Of a stretch of 64,000 bases of DNA, positions 55,128 through 64,000 are shown piece after piece; the first letter of the stretch is position 1, and each line of letters opens with the position of its first letter. Location of the stretch: contig JAGWKL010000006.1 in NCBI GenBank assembly GCA_028865345.1, forward strand, positions 2,724 to 66,723. The letters run 5' to 3'. Below the pieces are notes generated by a model. The model saw only the letters and a list, made by a program, of their open reading frames with translations, did not search any database and was not told the DNA's origin. Origin of the DNA: Candidatus Omnitrophota bacterium. Lineage in GTDB: Bacteria; Omnitrophota; Gorgyraeia; Zapsychrales; Fredricksoniimonadaceae. Position numbers and translations under genes: made by a program.

Positions 55128-55293
55128 AAAATTCCAAGAGAAGATGAAGGATTTTCCATAAATTCTCCAGCCTGACTCCGGATCAGAAAAGCGGTCTAAC
55201 CGGCAAAAGGATGCGTATCCGGAATCCGGGTAAAGATATTTAGAAAAAAATTCATGGCAATTTTGCGTATTTTTGATAAATTGTAGACAAAAT

Positions 55294-56367
55294 ATGAGTA
55301 AAGTAATCGGTCTCACGTACGATCTTAAAAGCGACTGGCAGAGATCAGAGGATGATCCTATTGATGCTGCGGCCGAGCTCGACGGGAAAAAGACGGTCGA
55401 CTGCCTTCAAAAGGCGCTTGAATCAGCCGGGCACAAGGTGGTTTTGATCGGCGGAGCGCGCGCCTTGATCGACAGGATCACCAGGGATGATTTAAAGGTC
55501 GATATTGTCTTCAATATTTCCGAAGGTTTCCGCGGCCGCAACCGCGAATCCCAAGTGCCTGCCATCCTGGATCTGTACGACATCCCTTTTGTCGGCGCCG
55601 ATGCCCTGACCTTGGGGGTCACCTTGGACAAGGTGATGGCCAAGAAATGTTTTATGGCCGACGGCATCCCCACGGCGCGTTTTTTTAAGGCCACGATCGA
55701 CGAAGATCTTGAAAGCCTCAATACCATCGGCTTTCCCTTGTTCGTCAAGACCCTGCATGAAGGGACTTCGAAGGGGATCACCAAGAAATCGAGGGTGGAA
55801 AATTTAGAAGGGCTTAAGGCCCAAGTGGAGCATATCTGCCATCATTATAAACAGCCGGCGCTGGTCGAAGAATTTATCAGGGGCACGGAATTCACCGTGG
55901 GTGTCATCGGCAACGGGACGCCCAAGGCCATGCCGGTGGTGCAGTACGCGATTGACGGCAGAAAGAATTTGGGTAATGAATTTTATTCGTATCGACATGT
56001 GGCTGAAAAATCGGTAGAATACATTTGTCCCGCCCCCATTGACAAGGAGCTGGCATTGACGTTGCAGGAGCTGGCGGTGCGTGCTTATAAAGCGGTGGAT
56101 TGCCGCGATTTTGGGCGCGTGGATTTTCGCGTGGACGAGGCGGGCAATCCGTACGTGCTGGAGATCAATCCCTTGCCCAACCTTGGGCCCGACGATGTGT
56201 TCGTGCTTTTTGCCAAGGTCAAGGGGATGACGTATAACCAGATCATCAACCAAATTATGGATGAAGCCCTTGTACGTTCAGGGCTGATGCGCCCGCCGAA
56301 AAACGGCGAGGCGGCTTTGCCGCAGGCCAAAAGCCCGCGGGCAAAAGAGGAAGCCTACAGAAAATGA
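55294..56367 (+). CDS. D-alanine-D-alanine ligase family ATP-grasp enzyme
   Basis: A Ddl-like N-domain is followed by an ATP-grasp core (EEFIRGTEFTVGVIGNG, VDFRVDEAGNPYVLEINPLP). The stop overlaps the kamA start (ATGA). Confidence 0.8.
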   Translation: MSKVIGLTYDLKSDWQRSEDDPIDAAAELDGKKTVDCLQKALESAGHKVVLIGGARALIDRITRDDLKVDIVFNISEGFRGRNRESQVPAILDLYDIPFVGADALTLGVTLDKVMAKKCFMADGIPTARFFKATIDEDLESLNTIGFPLFVKTLHEGTSKGITKKSRVENLEGLKAQVEHICHHYKQPALVEEFIRGTEFTVGVIGNGTPKAMPVVQYAIDGRKNLGNEFYSYRHVAEKSVEYICPAPIDKELALTLQELAVRAYKAVDCRDFGRVDFRVDEAGNPYVLEINPLPNLGPDDVFVLFAKVKGMTYNQIINQIMDEALVRSGLMRPPKNGEAALPQAKSPRAKEEAYRK

Positions 56368-57554
56368 CCCCTGTGACCATGGTCAAAGAAAAGGATGAAG
56401 CGGCATCAATGTCCGCCGGGCCCAATATTCCCCTGTCGCCCCAGGAAAAGCGCGTCATCAAGCTTTTCCCCGGAGCTACGCCGGCCGATTGGGAAGATTG
56501 GCGCTGGCAGATCAGAAACCGTATCCGCACCTTTGAGCAGATTTCCAAGCTGATGAAATTGACGCCGCGTGAGGAACGCGGGGTCAAAGGGGCGGGGGAC
56601 AAGCTGACGATGTCCATACCGCCGTATTTCGCCGCCCTGATCGATGAGAAAGACACGGGATGCCCTGTCCGTCTGCAGTCGGTGCCCCAGGATTATGAAT
56701 TTGAGACCACCCCCGAAGAGATGCTGGACCCTTGCGGGGAAGAGAAGAGTTCCGAAGTGCACGGCCTGGTGCACCGTTACCCCGACCGCGTTCTTTTTCT
56801 GGTCAATGAAATGTGCGCCATGTACTGCCGTTACTGCACGCGCTCGCGCATGGTCGGCGACGGCAACCATACGCTCAACACCTCCACCTATGACGCGGCG
56901 CTGGACTATATCCGCCGGCACAAGGAGATCCGCGATGTGCTCATCTCCGGCGGCGACCCATTGACCCTGGGCGACCGCATGCTGGAATATTTGATTTCGT
57001 CCGTCAAGAAAATACCGCACGTGGAATTCGTGCGCATCGGCACCCGTATTCCGGTCACCCTTCCCCAGAGGGTGACGCCGGAGTTGATCGCCATGTTCAA
57101 GAAATATTCGCCCCTGTGGATGAGCATTCATTTCAACCATCCCATTGAGGTGACCCCGCGGGTCAGGCACGCCTGCAACATGATCGCGGATGCCGGGATC
57201 CCCATGGGCAGCCAGACCGTGCTTTTGCGCGGCGTCAATGATTCCCCCGAAGTCATGAAAAAACTTTTTCATGAGCTTTTGAAGGTCCGCGTGAGGCCGT
57301 ATTACATCTACCAGTGCGACCCCATCATCGGTTCCAAGCATTTTCGCACCTCTGTCGCCGCAGGGATCAACATCATCCAGAACCTGCGCGGCCACACCAC
57401 CGGATACGCTGTACCGACCTATGTGATCGACGGCCCCGGCGGCGGCGGGAAGATTCCGATTGGCCCGGATTATGTAGTCTCCAAAGAAAACGGCCGCTAT
57501 ACGCTGCGCAATTTCAAGGGAGAACTATATACCTACGTCGATCCGACCTACTAA
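56364..57554 (+). CDS. kamA: Lysine 2,3-aminomutase family radical SAM enzyme
   Basis: The radical SAM cluster is CAMYCRYCTRS and the PLP region is HFNHP. Confidence 0.85.
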   Translation: MTPVTMVKEKDEAASMSAGPNIPLSPQEKRVIKLFPGATPADWEDWRWQIRNRIRTFEQISKLMKLTPREERGVKGAGDKLTMSIPPYFAALIDEKDTGCPVRLQSVPQDYEFETTPEEMLDPCGEEKSSEVHGLVHRYPDRVLFLVNEMCAMYCRYCTRSRMVGDGNHTLNTSTYDAALDYIRRHKEIRDVLISGGDPLTLGDRMLEYLISSVKKIPHVEFVRIGTRIPVTLPQRVTPELIAMFKKYSPLWMSIHFNHPIEVTPRVRHACNMIADAGIPMGSQTVLLRGVNDSPEVMKKLFHELLKVRVRPYYIYQCDPIIGSKHFRTSVAAGINIIQNLRGHTTGYAVPTYVIDGPGGGGKIPIGPDYVVSKENGRYTLRNFKGELYTYVDPTY

Positions 57555-57579
57555 AATATCGTTTATCCCCGTCTTTTTA

Positions 57580-60165
57580 GTGACAGCCGCGGTTTTTTGT
57601 TGTCCATGTCCGGCCGCCCGGGCGCAGGACGCCGTTTCCGGAGTCTCGCCGGAAAGGATGGCCGCCGTCAACGCCGCCCTGGATGAATTTGAGGCAGGGA
57701 CGAACCCCTCACCACAGCCGGCCCCGTCTTCGGCTGCGTCACAGGCCCCCTCTCAGGCTGCGGATTCGCAAGACTCGCTGCATCTTAATTCTTACAAGAT
57801 CAGCGGCGAGGTGCGCACCTCCGCCGGCATTTATTCCAACGGGCACACGGTCTTCACCAGGGCCAATGCGGATTTGAACGAGCGCAATTACCGTATTCTA
57901 TCGTCGGAAGCGCTCAACAATAATATCAACACCTACGACCCGGCCCTGTTTTCCCGCCTGCAATTCGCCGTCGATGCGTCGGTGGCGGCGTCCATCGTTT
58001 CGCTGCATTTGAACGTTTTTGTGGACCCCTGGAGTTTTACGGCCAAAAGCGGCACGCAGCTGGTCACCTCCCAGTGGGGGGACCAGGCCAAGGTGCAGTA
58101 TCTCTGGTGGGGCAATACCAATTACACCGTCAACCGCATCATCAATACCTCGCGCTACGGCGGCTCTTTCGCGCTGCCTGAACTTAAACCCAACGGCTCC
58201 ACGGTGCCTCCCGTCAGCGTCGCTTCCAGCATCCAGAACCAATACGGGCAGACGGACGTCTTCAATATCCCGGCCGAGAAATTGAACTACAGTTTTTTCC
58301 CCGTCCGGGAGGCATGGGCTGATATCAAGCCCCCCAACAGTGATTTCAAGCTTAGGATATTTCCCATGGCCTTCGAGGACCAGGCCTTGACCACCGACGA
58401 TCCTTTGAAGCTTTCCAATAACGCCGAATGGTGGGATTCCAGCCCCTGGCTCAACAGCTGGCAGCCGGGCAATCTCAACACGGGGGACAACCCCATCAAT
58501 TTCACCAAGGGATATTGGGACAACAGCCTGGCGTTCTTTACCAGGGACAGCTTCGGCCAGCGCTTGACGGCGCTGCGCGGGGTTTCGTTGAGCTGGAAAC
58601 CGGGGGATGAAACTTCCGTGGAAGGGACGGTGGCCAGCCCCAAGACCCTTTGGCAGAATTACAGTGAATTTACGACCGTCCCGGGCGCCGTCCGGCTCAA
58701 GCAGTTTATCGGCGATCTTTTTTACATCGGCGCCGTCGGCAACATGCATCAGGGCTACACCCCGGCAGGGGACCTCGATGCCGAGAATTATGTCGGGGCC
58801 GTGGACACCGGTGCCATGGCCCTCAAAAATGTCAAGTTCAATGCCGAGGTGGCCAGGTCCCAAAGCCATTATGATGAAACCACGCCGGATTATGCCACCA
58901 AATACAACGGCAATGCCTATTATGTGTCCCTGACCGCTTCTTCGAACCCCGAGAACATGCTCAAGAAGGATTATTTCGGCTTGCTCCCGCAAGAGCAGAC
59001 CGACACTTTCTTTAAAAGCACCGTTTATTTTGCCAGGATGGACCAGGGTTTCGAATCGAGCCTTTCCGATTATCACCAGACCAGGGATGACAGTTTCTGG
59101 GCCGAGGATGTGACCTTTTATCCCTCCACGTACCGCTATCTTCCGGGTGTCGCCCCTTCCCAATCCCAGTATGATCTGGAACCTTTTGCCGTCGGCACCG
59201 GCATCGACTACGGCCGTTCGGTCGCCCGCTGGGTGGGGGACGTGAACCTGCTGGACGGAAAGCTGCAGGGCACGGCCGATATCCGGCACGTTACGGACAA
59301 TTACGGCCACAACATCCAGACCGAAGGCCGGACCCTGTGGACGTACAGGCCGGTGCCCAAACTCACCACCAAGGCGCTTTTTTTGTGGGACGCCCTGCCC
59401 AAAACGTCGACATCGGACATCTACGGGGCTTCCCAGACGCTGGACCCTTTTGTCACCAGCGGCACCACCGGCGAGCCGCTGGTCGATTCAGCGGTAACGC
59501 CCGGCAAGGACCCGAGCATCAAAAGCACTTCCCTGGGCGCCCGTTATCAGCTGACCGGCTGGGCCGCCCTCAACGGCGTCTGGGAATTTACCAACGATGT
59601 CAATCTCGGCACGGATTCCTTCCCGCAGGGGGACTTAAACAGCACCTTTTTTTCCACCTATACGCAAAACGGCAGGCTCTACACGGAAGAAGTCCCCCAG
59701 CTCTACGACCAGCAGTATTTCCATCAGCCGCCGTATCCCTATTACAACATTTTCAAGGCCGGCCTTGAGATCACCCCTTCAAGGAAATGGCACATTTACA
59801 TGGATTACACCCGCAATCCCAACAAATTCGCCGGGAACATCGATGACAACATGCAGCATGCCGGCATCGAGACGAGCTATTTGCTGACGCCCAAGATCGG
59901 GTTTTTTGCGCGGTACACCTTTTCCCAGGGCTATGACATCAACCGCCTGGTCAACGACCACCAACTGGATTACCGCAACTACAACAATTTTTATTTTGAG
60001 ACCCGCATGATCCTGCCCAAGGATTTGACCATGTCCCTTCAATACGGGGTCGGCCCTGCTTTTAACGTGCTGACCTCCGCGACCGACCCGGCCCTGGCCT
60101 ATTACAGCACCACCGTGCTTGAGACCCAGCACATTGTCCGGATCGTCTTTGATAAAAAATTTTAG
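57580..60165 (+). CDS. Large secreted protein, probably an outer-membrane beta-barrel (GTG start; the N-terminus is uncertain)
   Basis: A signal-like TAAVFCCPCPAARA|QD segment is followed by a Pro/Ser/Ala/Gln-rich linker and a long beta-rich aromatic/Gly/Asn/Thr-rich body. The terminal motif VRIVFDKKF ends in Phe. Confidence 0.6.
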   Translation: MTAAVFCCPCPAARAQDAVSGVSPERMAAVNAALDEFEAGTNPSPQPAPSSAASQAPSQAADSQDSLHLNSYKISGEVRTSAGIYSNGHTVFTRANADLNERNYRILSSEALNNNINTYDPALFSRLQFAVDASVAASIVSLHLNVFVDPWSFTAKSGTQLVTSQWGDQAKVQYLWWGNTNYTVNRIINTSRYGGSFALPELKPNGSTVPPVSVASSIQNQYGQTDVFNIPAEKLNYSFFPVREAWADIKPPNSDFKLRIFPMAFEDQALTTDDPLKLSNNAEWWDSSPWLNSWQPGNLNTGDNPINFTKGYWDNSLAFFTRDSFGQRLTALRGVSLSWKPGDETSVEGTVASPKTLWQNYSEFTTVPGAVRLKQFIGDLFYIGAVGNMHQGYTPAGDLDAENYVGAVDTGAMALKNVKFNAEVARSQSHYDETTPDYATKYNGNAYYVSLTASSNPENMLKKDYFGLLPQEQTDTFFKSTVYFARMDQGFESSLSDYHQTRDDSFWAEDVTFYPSTYRYLPGVAPSQSQYDLEPFAVGTGIDYGRSVARWVGDVNLLDGKLQGTADIRHVTDNYGHNIQTEGRTLWTYRPVPKLTTKALFLWDALPKTSTSDIYGASQTLDPFVTSGTTGEPLVDSAVTPGKDPSIKSTSLGARYQLTGWAALNGVWEFTNDVNLGTDSFPQGDLNSTFFSTYTQNGRLYTEEVPQLYDQQYFHQPPYPYYNIFKAGLEITPSRKWHIYMDYTRNPNKFAGNIDDNMQHAGIETSYLLTPKIGFFARYTFSQGYDINRLVNDHQLDYRNYNNFYFETRMILPKDLTMSLQYGVGPAFNVLTSATDPALAYYSTTVLETQHIVRIVFDKKF

Positions 60166-60192
60166 TGACAATCACCTCAAATATACTATAAT
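60165..60192 (+). promoter_or_regulatory. Putative sigma70 promoter for rpsU, GTGACA-16 nt-TATAAT
   Basis: GTGACA lies at 60165-60170 and TATAAT at 60187-60192, about 48 nt upstream of the rpsU ATG. Confidence 0.4.
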
Positions 60193-60239
60193 ACACCCTT
60201 CGTTAATCAATTTAAAACCCCTTAAGGAGCCGTGAGTTA

Positions 60240-60395
60240 ATGCTGGAAGTCAAGGTCAATGACAAGAACAGTTTCGAAAAGGCGATGCGCTTGTTCAAAA
60301 AGCAGTGCCAAAAAGACGGATTTTTAGTCGAGCTCAAAGAGCGCCGCTTTTACAGCAAACCTTCCGAACGCAAGCGTAAAAAAGGCAAGAGATAA
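60240..60395 (+). CDS. rpsU: 30S ribosomal protein S21, short 51-aa form (absent from the ORF track)
   Basis: The sequence MLEVKVNDKNSFEKAMRLFKKQCQKDGFLVELKERRFYSKPSERKRKKGKR parallels E. coli S21 ([41 protein letters not shown]...). An AAGGAG RBS lies at 60224-60229. Confidence 0.85.
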   Translation: MLEVKVNDKNSFEKAMRLFKKQCQKDGFLVELKERRFYSKPSERKRKKGKR

Positions 60396-60428
60396 GCCGA
60401 AGGCACCTTATTTAATTCCCCGTTTCCC

Positions 60429-61988
60429 ATGATCAAGGTCAAACGCGCCCTCATTTCCGTTTCCGATAAAACCGGCCTGGTGGAGTTCGCCAGGGGTTTG
60501 CAGAAACTGGGCATCGAGATCATTTCCACCGGCGGCACCGCCGTGCTTTTGCGCTCCTCCAACATTGATGTCCGGGAAGTCGGCGAGTACACCGGTTTTC
60601 CGGAAATGCTCGACGGCCGGGTCAAGACCCTCCATCCCAAGATCCACGCAGGCCTCCTGGCGCTGCGCGATAATCCCGAACACATGAAACAAATCGCCGC
60701 CCACGGCATCGGCCTTATCGACATGGTGGTCGTCAACCTTTATCCTTTTGAGAAGGCCATCCAGAAAAAAAATATATCCTTGGAAGAGGCCATCGAAAAC
60801 ATCGATATCGGCGGACCTTCCATGCTGCGTTCCGCGGCCAAGAATTATAAAAGCGTGGCCGTCATCTGTAATGCCGGACGCTACGCGGAAATATTGAACG
60901 AGTTGAACAACAACAGCGGGATCTTGTCGGACAAGGTGCTCTCCGGCCTGGCCATCGAGGTCTTTGAGCTAACCCGCCGCTACGATGCTTCCATCCATGA
61001 ATTCTTAAGGAACCGTTTTAAGACGGACAATTCCTTTTCTTCCTTTCCCAAGGAATTTTCTTTTTCTTTCAATAAAGTGCAGGACCTGCGTTACGGCGAG
61101 AACCCGCACCAGGCCGCGGCTTTTTATAAGGACGGCGCAACGCCCCAGGGACTGGCAGGCTTGAAGCAGTTGCAGGGCAAGGAGCTTTCTTTCAACAACA
61201 TCCTTGATCTCAATGCCGCGGTCGACATCATCCGTGAATTCGACCTGCCTGCGGCGGTCATCATCAAACATAACAACCCCTGCGGCGTGGCCCAGGACAA
61301 AAGCATCGATAAAGCTTATACGAAAGCGTATAAGTGCGATTCGCTTTCCGCCTTCGGCAGCATTATCGGCTTTAACCGCACCGTTGATGCCGCTGCCGCG
61401 GCGGCGGTCATTAAAAGCGGTTTTGTGGAATGCATCGTCGCCCCTGACTTTACCAATGATGCCAGGGCCCTGTTTGCCCCCAAGAAAAACCTGCGCCTGC
61501 TGGTGCTGGACATTCCCGGCGTCCGTGACGAGCGGTATGATTTCAAGAAAGTCTCCGGCGGGCTTTTGCTCCAGGAGAAGGACACCCGTACCTTGAACCC
61601 CGCGGAATTAAAAATCGTAAGCCGGGTCAAGCCCACCCAATTGCAGATGGACGCCATGGTCTTCGGCTGGAAATTGATCAAGCATGTCAAAAGCAATGCC
61701 ATCGCTTTAGTCAAAGGGACGCAAACCGTGGGCATAGGCTGCGGCCAGACCAGCCGGGTCGACGCCGCGATCCATGCCATCCGCCGGGCAGGTAAGGCCG
61801 CCCGCGGCAGCGTGCTTATCTCCGATGCATTTTTGCCCATGCCGGATACCGTCACCATCGCCGCGAAGAGCGGGATCAAGGCCATTATCCAGACCGGCGG
61901 TTCCATCATGGACGAAACCGTGATCAAAGAGGCCGACAAAAAGAAGATCGCCATGGTGATGACCGGCGTCAGGCACTTTAAGCATTGA
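60429..61988 (+). CDS. purH: Bifunctional AICAR transformylase / IMP cyclohydrolase
   Basis: The MGS-like N-terminus KRALISVSDKTGLVEFA is followed by an AICARFT core. Confidence 0.95.
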   Translation: MIKVKRALISVSDKTGLVEFARGLQKLGIEIISTGGTAVLLRSSNIDVREVGEYTGFPEMLDGRVKTLHPKIHAGLLALRDNPEHMKQIAAHGIGLIDMVVVNLYPFEKAIQKKNISLEEAIENIDIGGPSMLRSAAKNYKSVAVICNAGRYAEILNELNNNSGILSDKVLSGLAIEVFELTRRYDASIHEFLRNRFKTDNSFSSFPKEFSFSFNKVQDLRYGENPHQAAAFYKDGATPQGLAGLKQLQGKELSFNNILDLNAAVDIIREFDLPAAVIIKHNNPCGVAQDKSIDKAYTKAYKCDSLSAFGSIIGFNRTVDAAAAAAVIKSGFVECIVAPDFTNDARALFAPKKNLRLLVLDIPGVRDERYDFKKVSGGLLLQEKDTRTLNPAELKIVSRVKPTQLQMDAMVFGWKLIKHVKSNAIALVKGTQTVGIGCGQTSRVDAAIHAIRRAGKAARGSVLISDAFLPMPDTVTIAAKSGIKAIIQTGGSIMDETVIKEADKKKIAMVMTGVRHFKH

Positions 61989-63265
61989 ACCCTCACGAGT
62001 ACCTCAACTCTTTTACCAATTTTGAACCCCAGCTTCATAATGTGCGCCCGGAGGATTTTGACCTTCAGCGCATCCAGAAATTTCTGGACCTGGCGGGTCT
62101 TGGGACCAAGGGCCTGAAAATCATCCATGTCGCGGGCACTAAAGGCAAGGGTTCGACCTGCGCGTTTTTGGCGGGTATTCTGCAGGAGGCGGGATATAAA
62201 ACGGGGTTATATACTTCGCCTCATTTGCACCGGGTCAATGAGCGCATCCGTATTTTAAGCGCCGGCAACCTTAAGGACAAAGATCCTTTCAGCGGGGCCA
62301 TTTCCGACGATGAACTTGGCCGGATATTGAATTTCCTGAGGCCGTCCGCCGCCGCCATCCGCAATGCGGGGCATGTCCTGACCTATTTTGAAGTCCTGAC
62401 CGTGGCGGCCGTGTGTTATTTTATACGCTGCCGGGCGGATGTGGCGGTTTTGGAAACCGGCCTGGGCGGGCGGCTGGATGCCACCAACGCCCTGGATTCG
62501 GCCGTTGCGGTGATCACGCCGGTGAGCTTGGACCATACGCATATTTTGGGGGAACGTTTAAGCAAAATAGCGGCGGAAAAGGCGGGCATTATCAAGAATT
62601 CTTTCCAGAAAGTGGTGGTTGCGCCCCAGGACTCCGACGCCATGGACGTCATTTTGGCCCGTTGCCGCGAGTTTGGGATCAGTCCTGTCATGGTTGTGCC
62701 TGAGAAATATGAAAATTTGAAGATCGCCCTTAAGGGCAGGCACCAGATCATGAACGCCGCCACGGCCCTCGAAGCCGTATTGATTTTAAGGACCCTGGGC
62801 CTTAAAATCAGCGATGCGGCGGTGGACAAAGGGTTAAAAAACGTGAGATGGCCGGGGCGTTTCGAGCTTTTGAGAAAAGAGCCGGACGTGATCGTCGATT
62901 GCGCCCATAATGAGGCTTCGGCGCGTGCCCTTTCCGAGACCTTGCGCCGGGAGTATCCCGGGCGACGGGTGGTCCTGGTCCTGGGGATTTCACGGGACAA
63001 GGACGTCGGCTCCATTTGCAATTCTTTAAAAGACAGTGCGGCGCAGTTCATATTGACCAGGGCCGGCCATCCCCGTGCATACTCTTTTAAGGATGCGGAA
63101 TGCCGGAAATATTTCGGTGATAAACCTTTTGAGATCACTGAAGATTTGCCCCGAGCTTTGCAAAAAGCTCTGAAGGCAGCGGGTCCCCAGGACGTGATCG
63201 CGGTGACAGGATCGGTGTTTGCGGTCGCCGAGGCCAGGACGGAGATTGAACATGTATCAGTATAA
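61985..63265 (+). CDS. folC: Folylpolyglutamate synthase / dihydrofolate synthase
   Basis: The P-loop HVAGTKGKGST is present, matching the Mur-ligase family. Confidence 0.85.
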   Translation: MNPHEYLNSFTNFEPQLHNVRPEDFDLQRIQKFLDLAGLGTKGLKIIHVAGTKGKGSTCAFLAGILQEAGYKTGLYTSPHLHRVNERIRILSAGNLKDKDPFSGAISDDELGRILNFLRPSAAAIRNAGHVLTYFEVLTVAAVCYFIRCRADVAVLETGLGGRLDATNALDSAVAVITPVSLDHTHILGERLSKIAAEKAGIIKNSFQKVVVAPQDSDAMDVILARCREFGISPVMVVPEKYENLKIALKGRHQIMNAATALEAVLILRTLGLKISDAAVDKGLKNVRWPGRFELLRKEPDVIVDCAHNEASARALSETLRREYPGRRVVLVLGISRDKDVGSICNSLKDSAAQFILTRAGHPRAYSFKDAECRKYFGDKPFEITEDLPRALQKALKAAGPQDVIAVTGSVFAVAEARTEIEHVSV

Positions 63266-64000
63266 AGGCATGGAAGACACGATCGCCGCCATTGCCACCC
63301 CTGCCGGGCAGGGGGCCATCGGCATTATACGCATCAGCGGCAGGGATGCGATTGCCGTCGCGGACAGGGTCCTGCGTCTTGACGGGAACAAGACCCTGCA
63401 ACAGTGTCCCACCCATACCGTGCACCACGGTTGGGCCGTAAAGTCCCAAGACATTTTGGATGAAGTTTTGGTCACGGTGATGCGGGCCCCTAAAAGTTAT
63501 ACGGCCGAAAATGTGGTTGAGATCTGCTGCCACGGCGGCCTGACCGTCCTGCGTACGGCGCTGCAGGAGGTGTTGAATGCAGGGGCGAGATTGGCCGCGC
63601 CGGGAGAATTCACCAAAAGGGCGTTCCTTAACGGCCGCATGGACCTTGCCCAGGCCGAGGCGGTGATCGATGTCATCAATGCCAGGACGCGAGCCTCCCT
63701 GCGCCAAAGCCATTACCAATTAAAAGGGGAGTTGTCGTCCAGGCTTAAATCCATCCGGGAAGAATTGATGAAGCTTTATACCATGGTCGAGGCAATGATT
63801 AACTTTCCCGAAGATGCCGTTGAAGCCGAGAGCCGGCAGCAAATATCAGGCCGCCTGAAAGACCGGGAGGATGAGCTGATTGCGCTTTTGCGAGGGGCCC
63901 AAACAGGGCGCCTTTTGAAGGAAGGCATGCGCATTGTCTTGTGCGGCAAGCCCAATGTGGGCAAATCTTCCCTGCTTAATGCGCTGCTCAAAGAACAGCG
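63252..64000 (+). CDS. mnmE: tRNA modification GTPase MnmE (TrmE), 3'-truncated by the window end
   Basis: The N-terminus TIAAIATPAGQGAIGIIRISG is followed by the G1 motif GKPNVGKSSL near the window end. Confidence 0.85.
   Translation, partial: MYQYKGMEDTIAAIATPAGQGAIGIIRISGRDAIAVADRVLRLDGNKTLQQCPTHTVHHGWAVKSQDILDEVLVTVMRAPKSYTAENVVEICCHGGLTVLRTALQEVLNAGARLAAPGEFTKRAFLNGRMDLAQAEAVIDVINARTRASLRQSHYQLKGELSSRLKSIREELMKLYTMVEAMINFPEDAVEAESRQQISGRLKDREDELIALLRGAQTGRLLKEGMRIVLCGKPNVGKSSLLNALLKEQ

Noticed and set aside
1-64000. CRISPR arrays, transposases/IS elements, prophage genes, rRNA
   Set aside because: No short regularly spaced direct repeats, no DDE/HUH transposase or integrase-like ORFs, no phage structural genes and no rRNA-like sequence were detected by eye.

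Overview
This is a 64-kb chromosomal segment at roughly 57-58% GC with very high coding density. Nearly all genes sit on the + strand in long co-directional arrays. The gene content points to a diderm bacterium: TatA/TatC, a type IV pilin, a PagP-like outer-membrane protein, a PEP-CTERM exosortase substrate and a large protein ending in Phe that looks like a beta-barrel. The lineage cannot be fixed from sequence alone. The backbone is housekeeping:
- A biotin cluster, iscS-birA-bioF-bioH-bioC-bioD-[repeat]-bioA-mnmA.
- Purine clusters, purB-purC-purS::purL-LOG-purQ-[repeat]-purM-purD, and further on rpsU-purH-folC-mnmE.
- A tsaC::ywlE fusion followed by rpiB-glyA-nrdR.
- accA-rlmN, tRNA-Ala(GGC) plus tRNA-Leu(CAA), tatA-tatC-hemW, yjbQ-pfkB-era, nth, and an ATP-grasp ligase with kamA.
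The accessory-looking content is:
- A RelE/ParE toxin at the 5' edge, tightly coupled to an uncharacterised 345-aa protein built from two tandem zinc-ribbon plus HNH-like modules.
- Three paralogous signal-peptide proteins that share an N-terminal motif.
- Several secreted Gln-rich coiled-coil proteins, one of 884 aa with internal repeats.
- Two copies of a ~155-bp imperfect-palindromic intergenic repeat whose substitutions are compensatory across predicted stems.
- A third, unrelated ~155-nt rod-like structured element directly upstream of a ygfZ-like gene.
- A LOG-family hydrolase embedded in the purine operon.
I saw no transposase, integrase, CRISPR array or rRNA. Many long antisense ORFs in the track are GC-driven artefacts and are not reported as genes.
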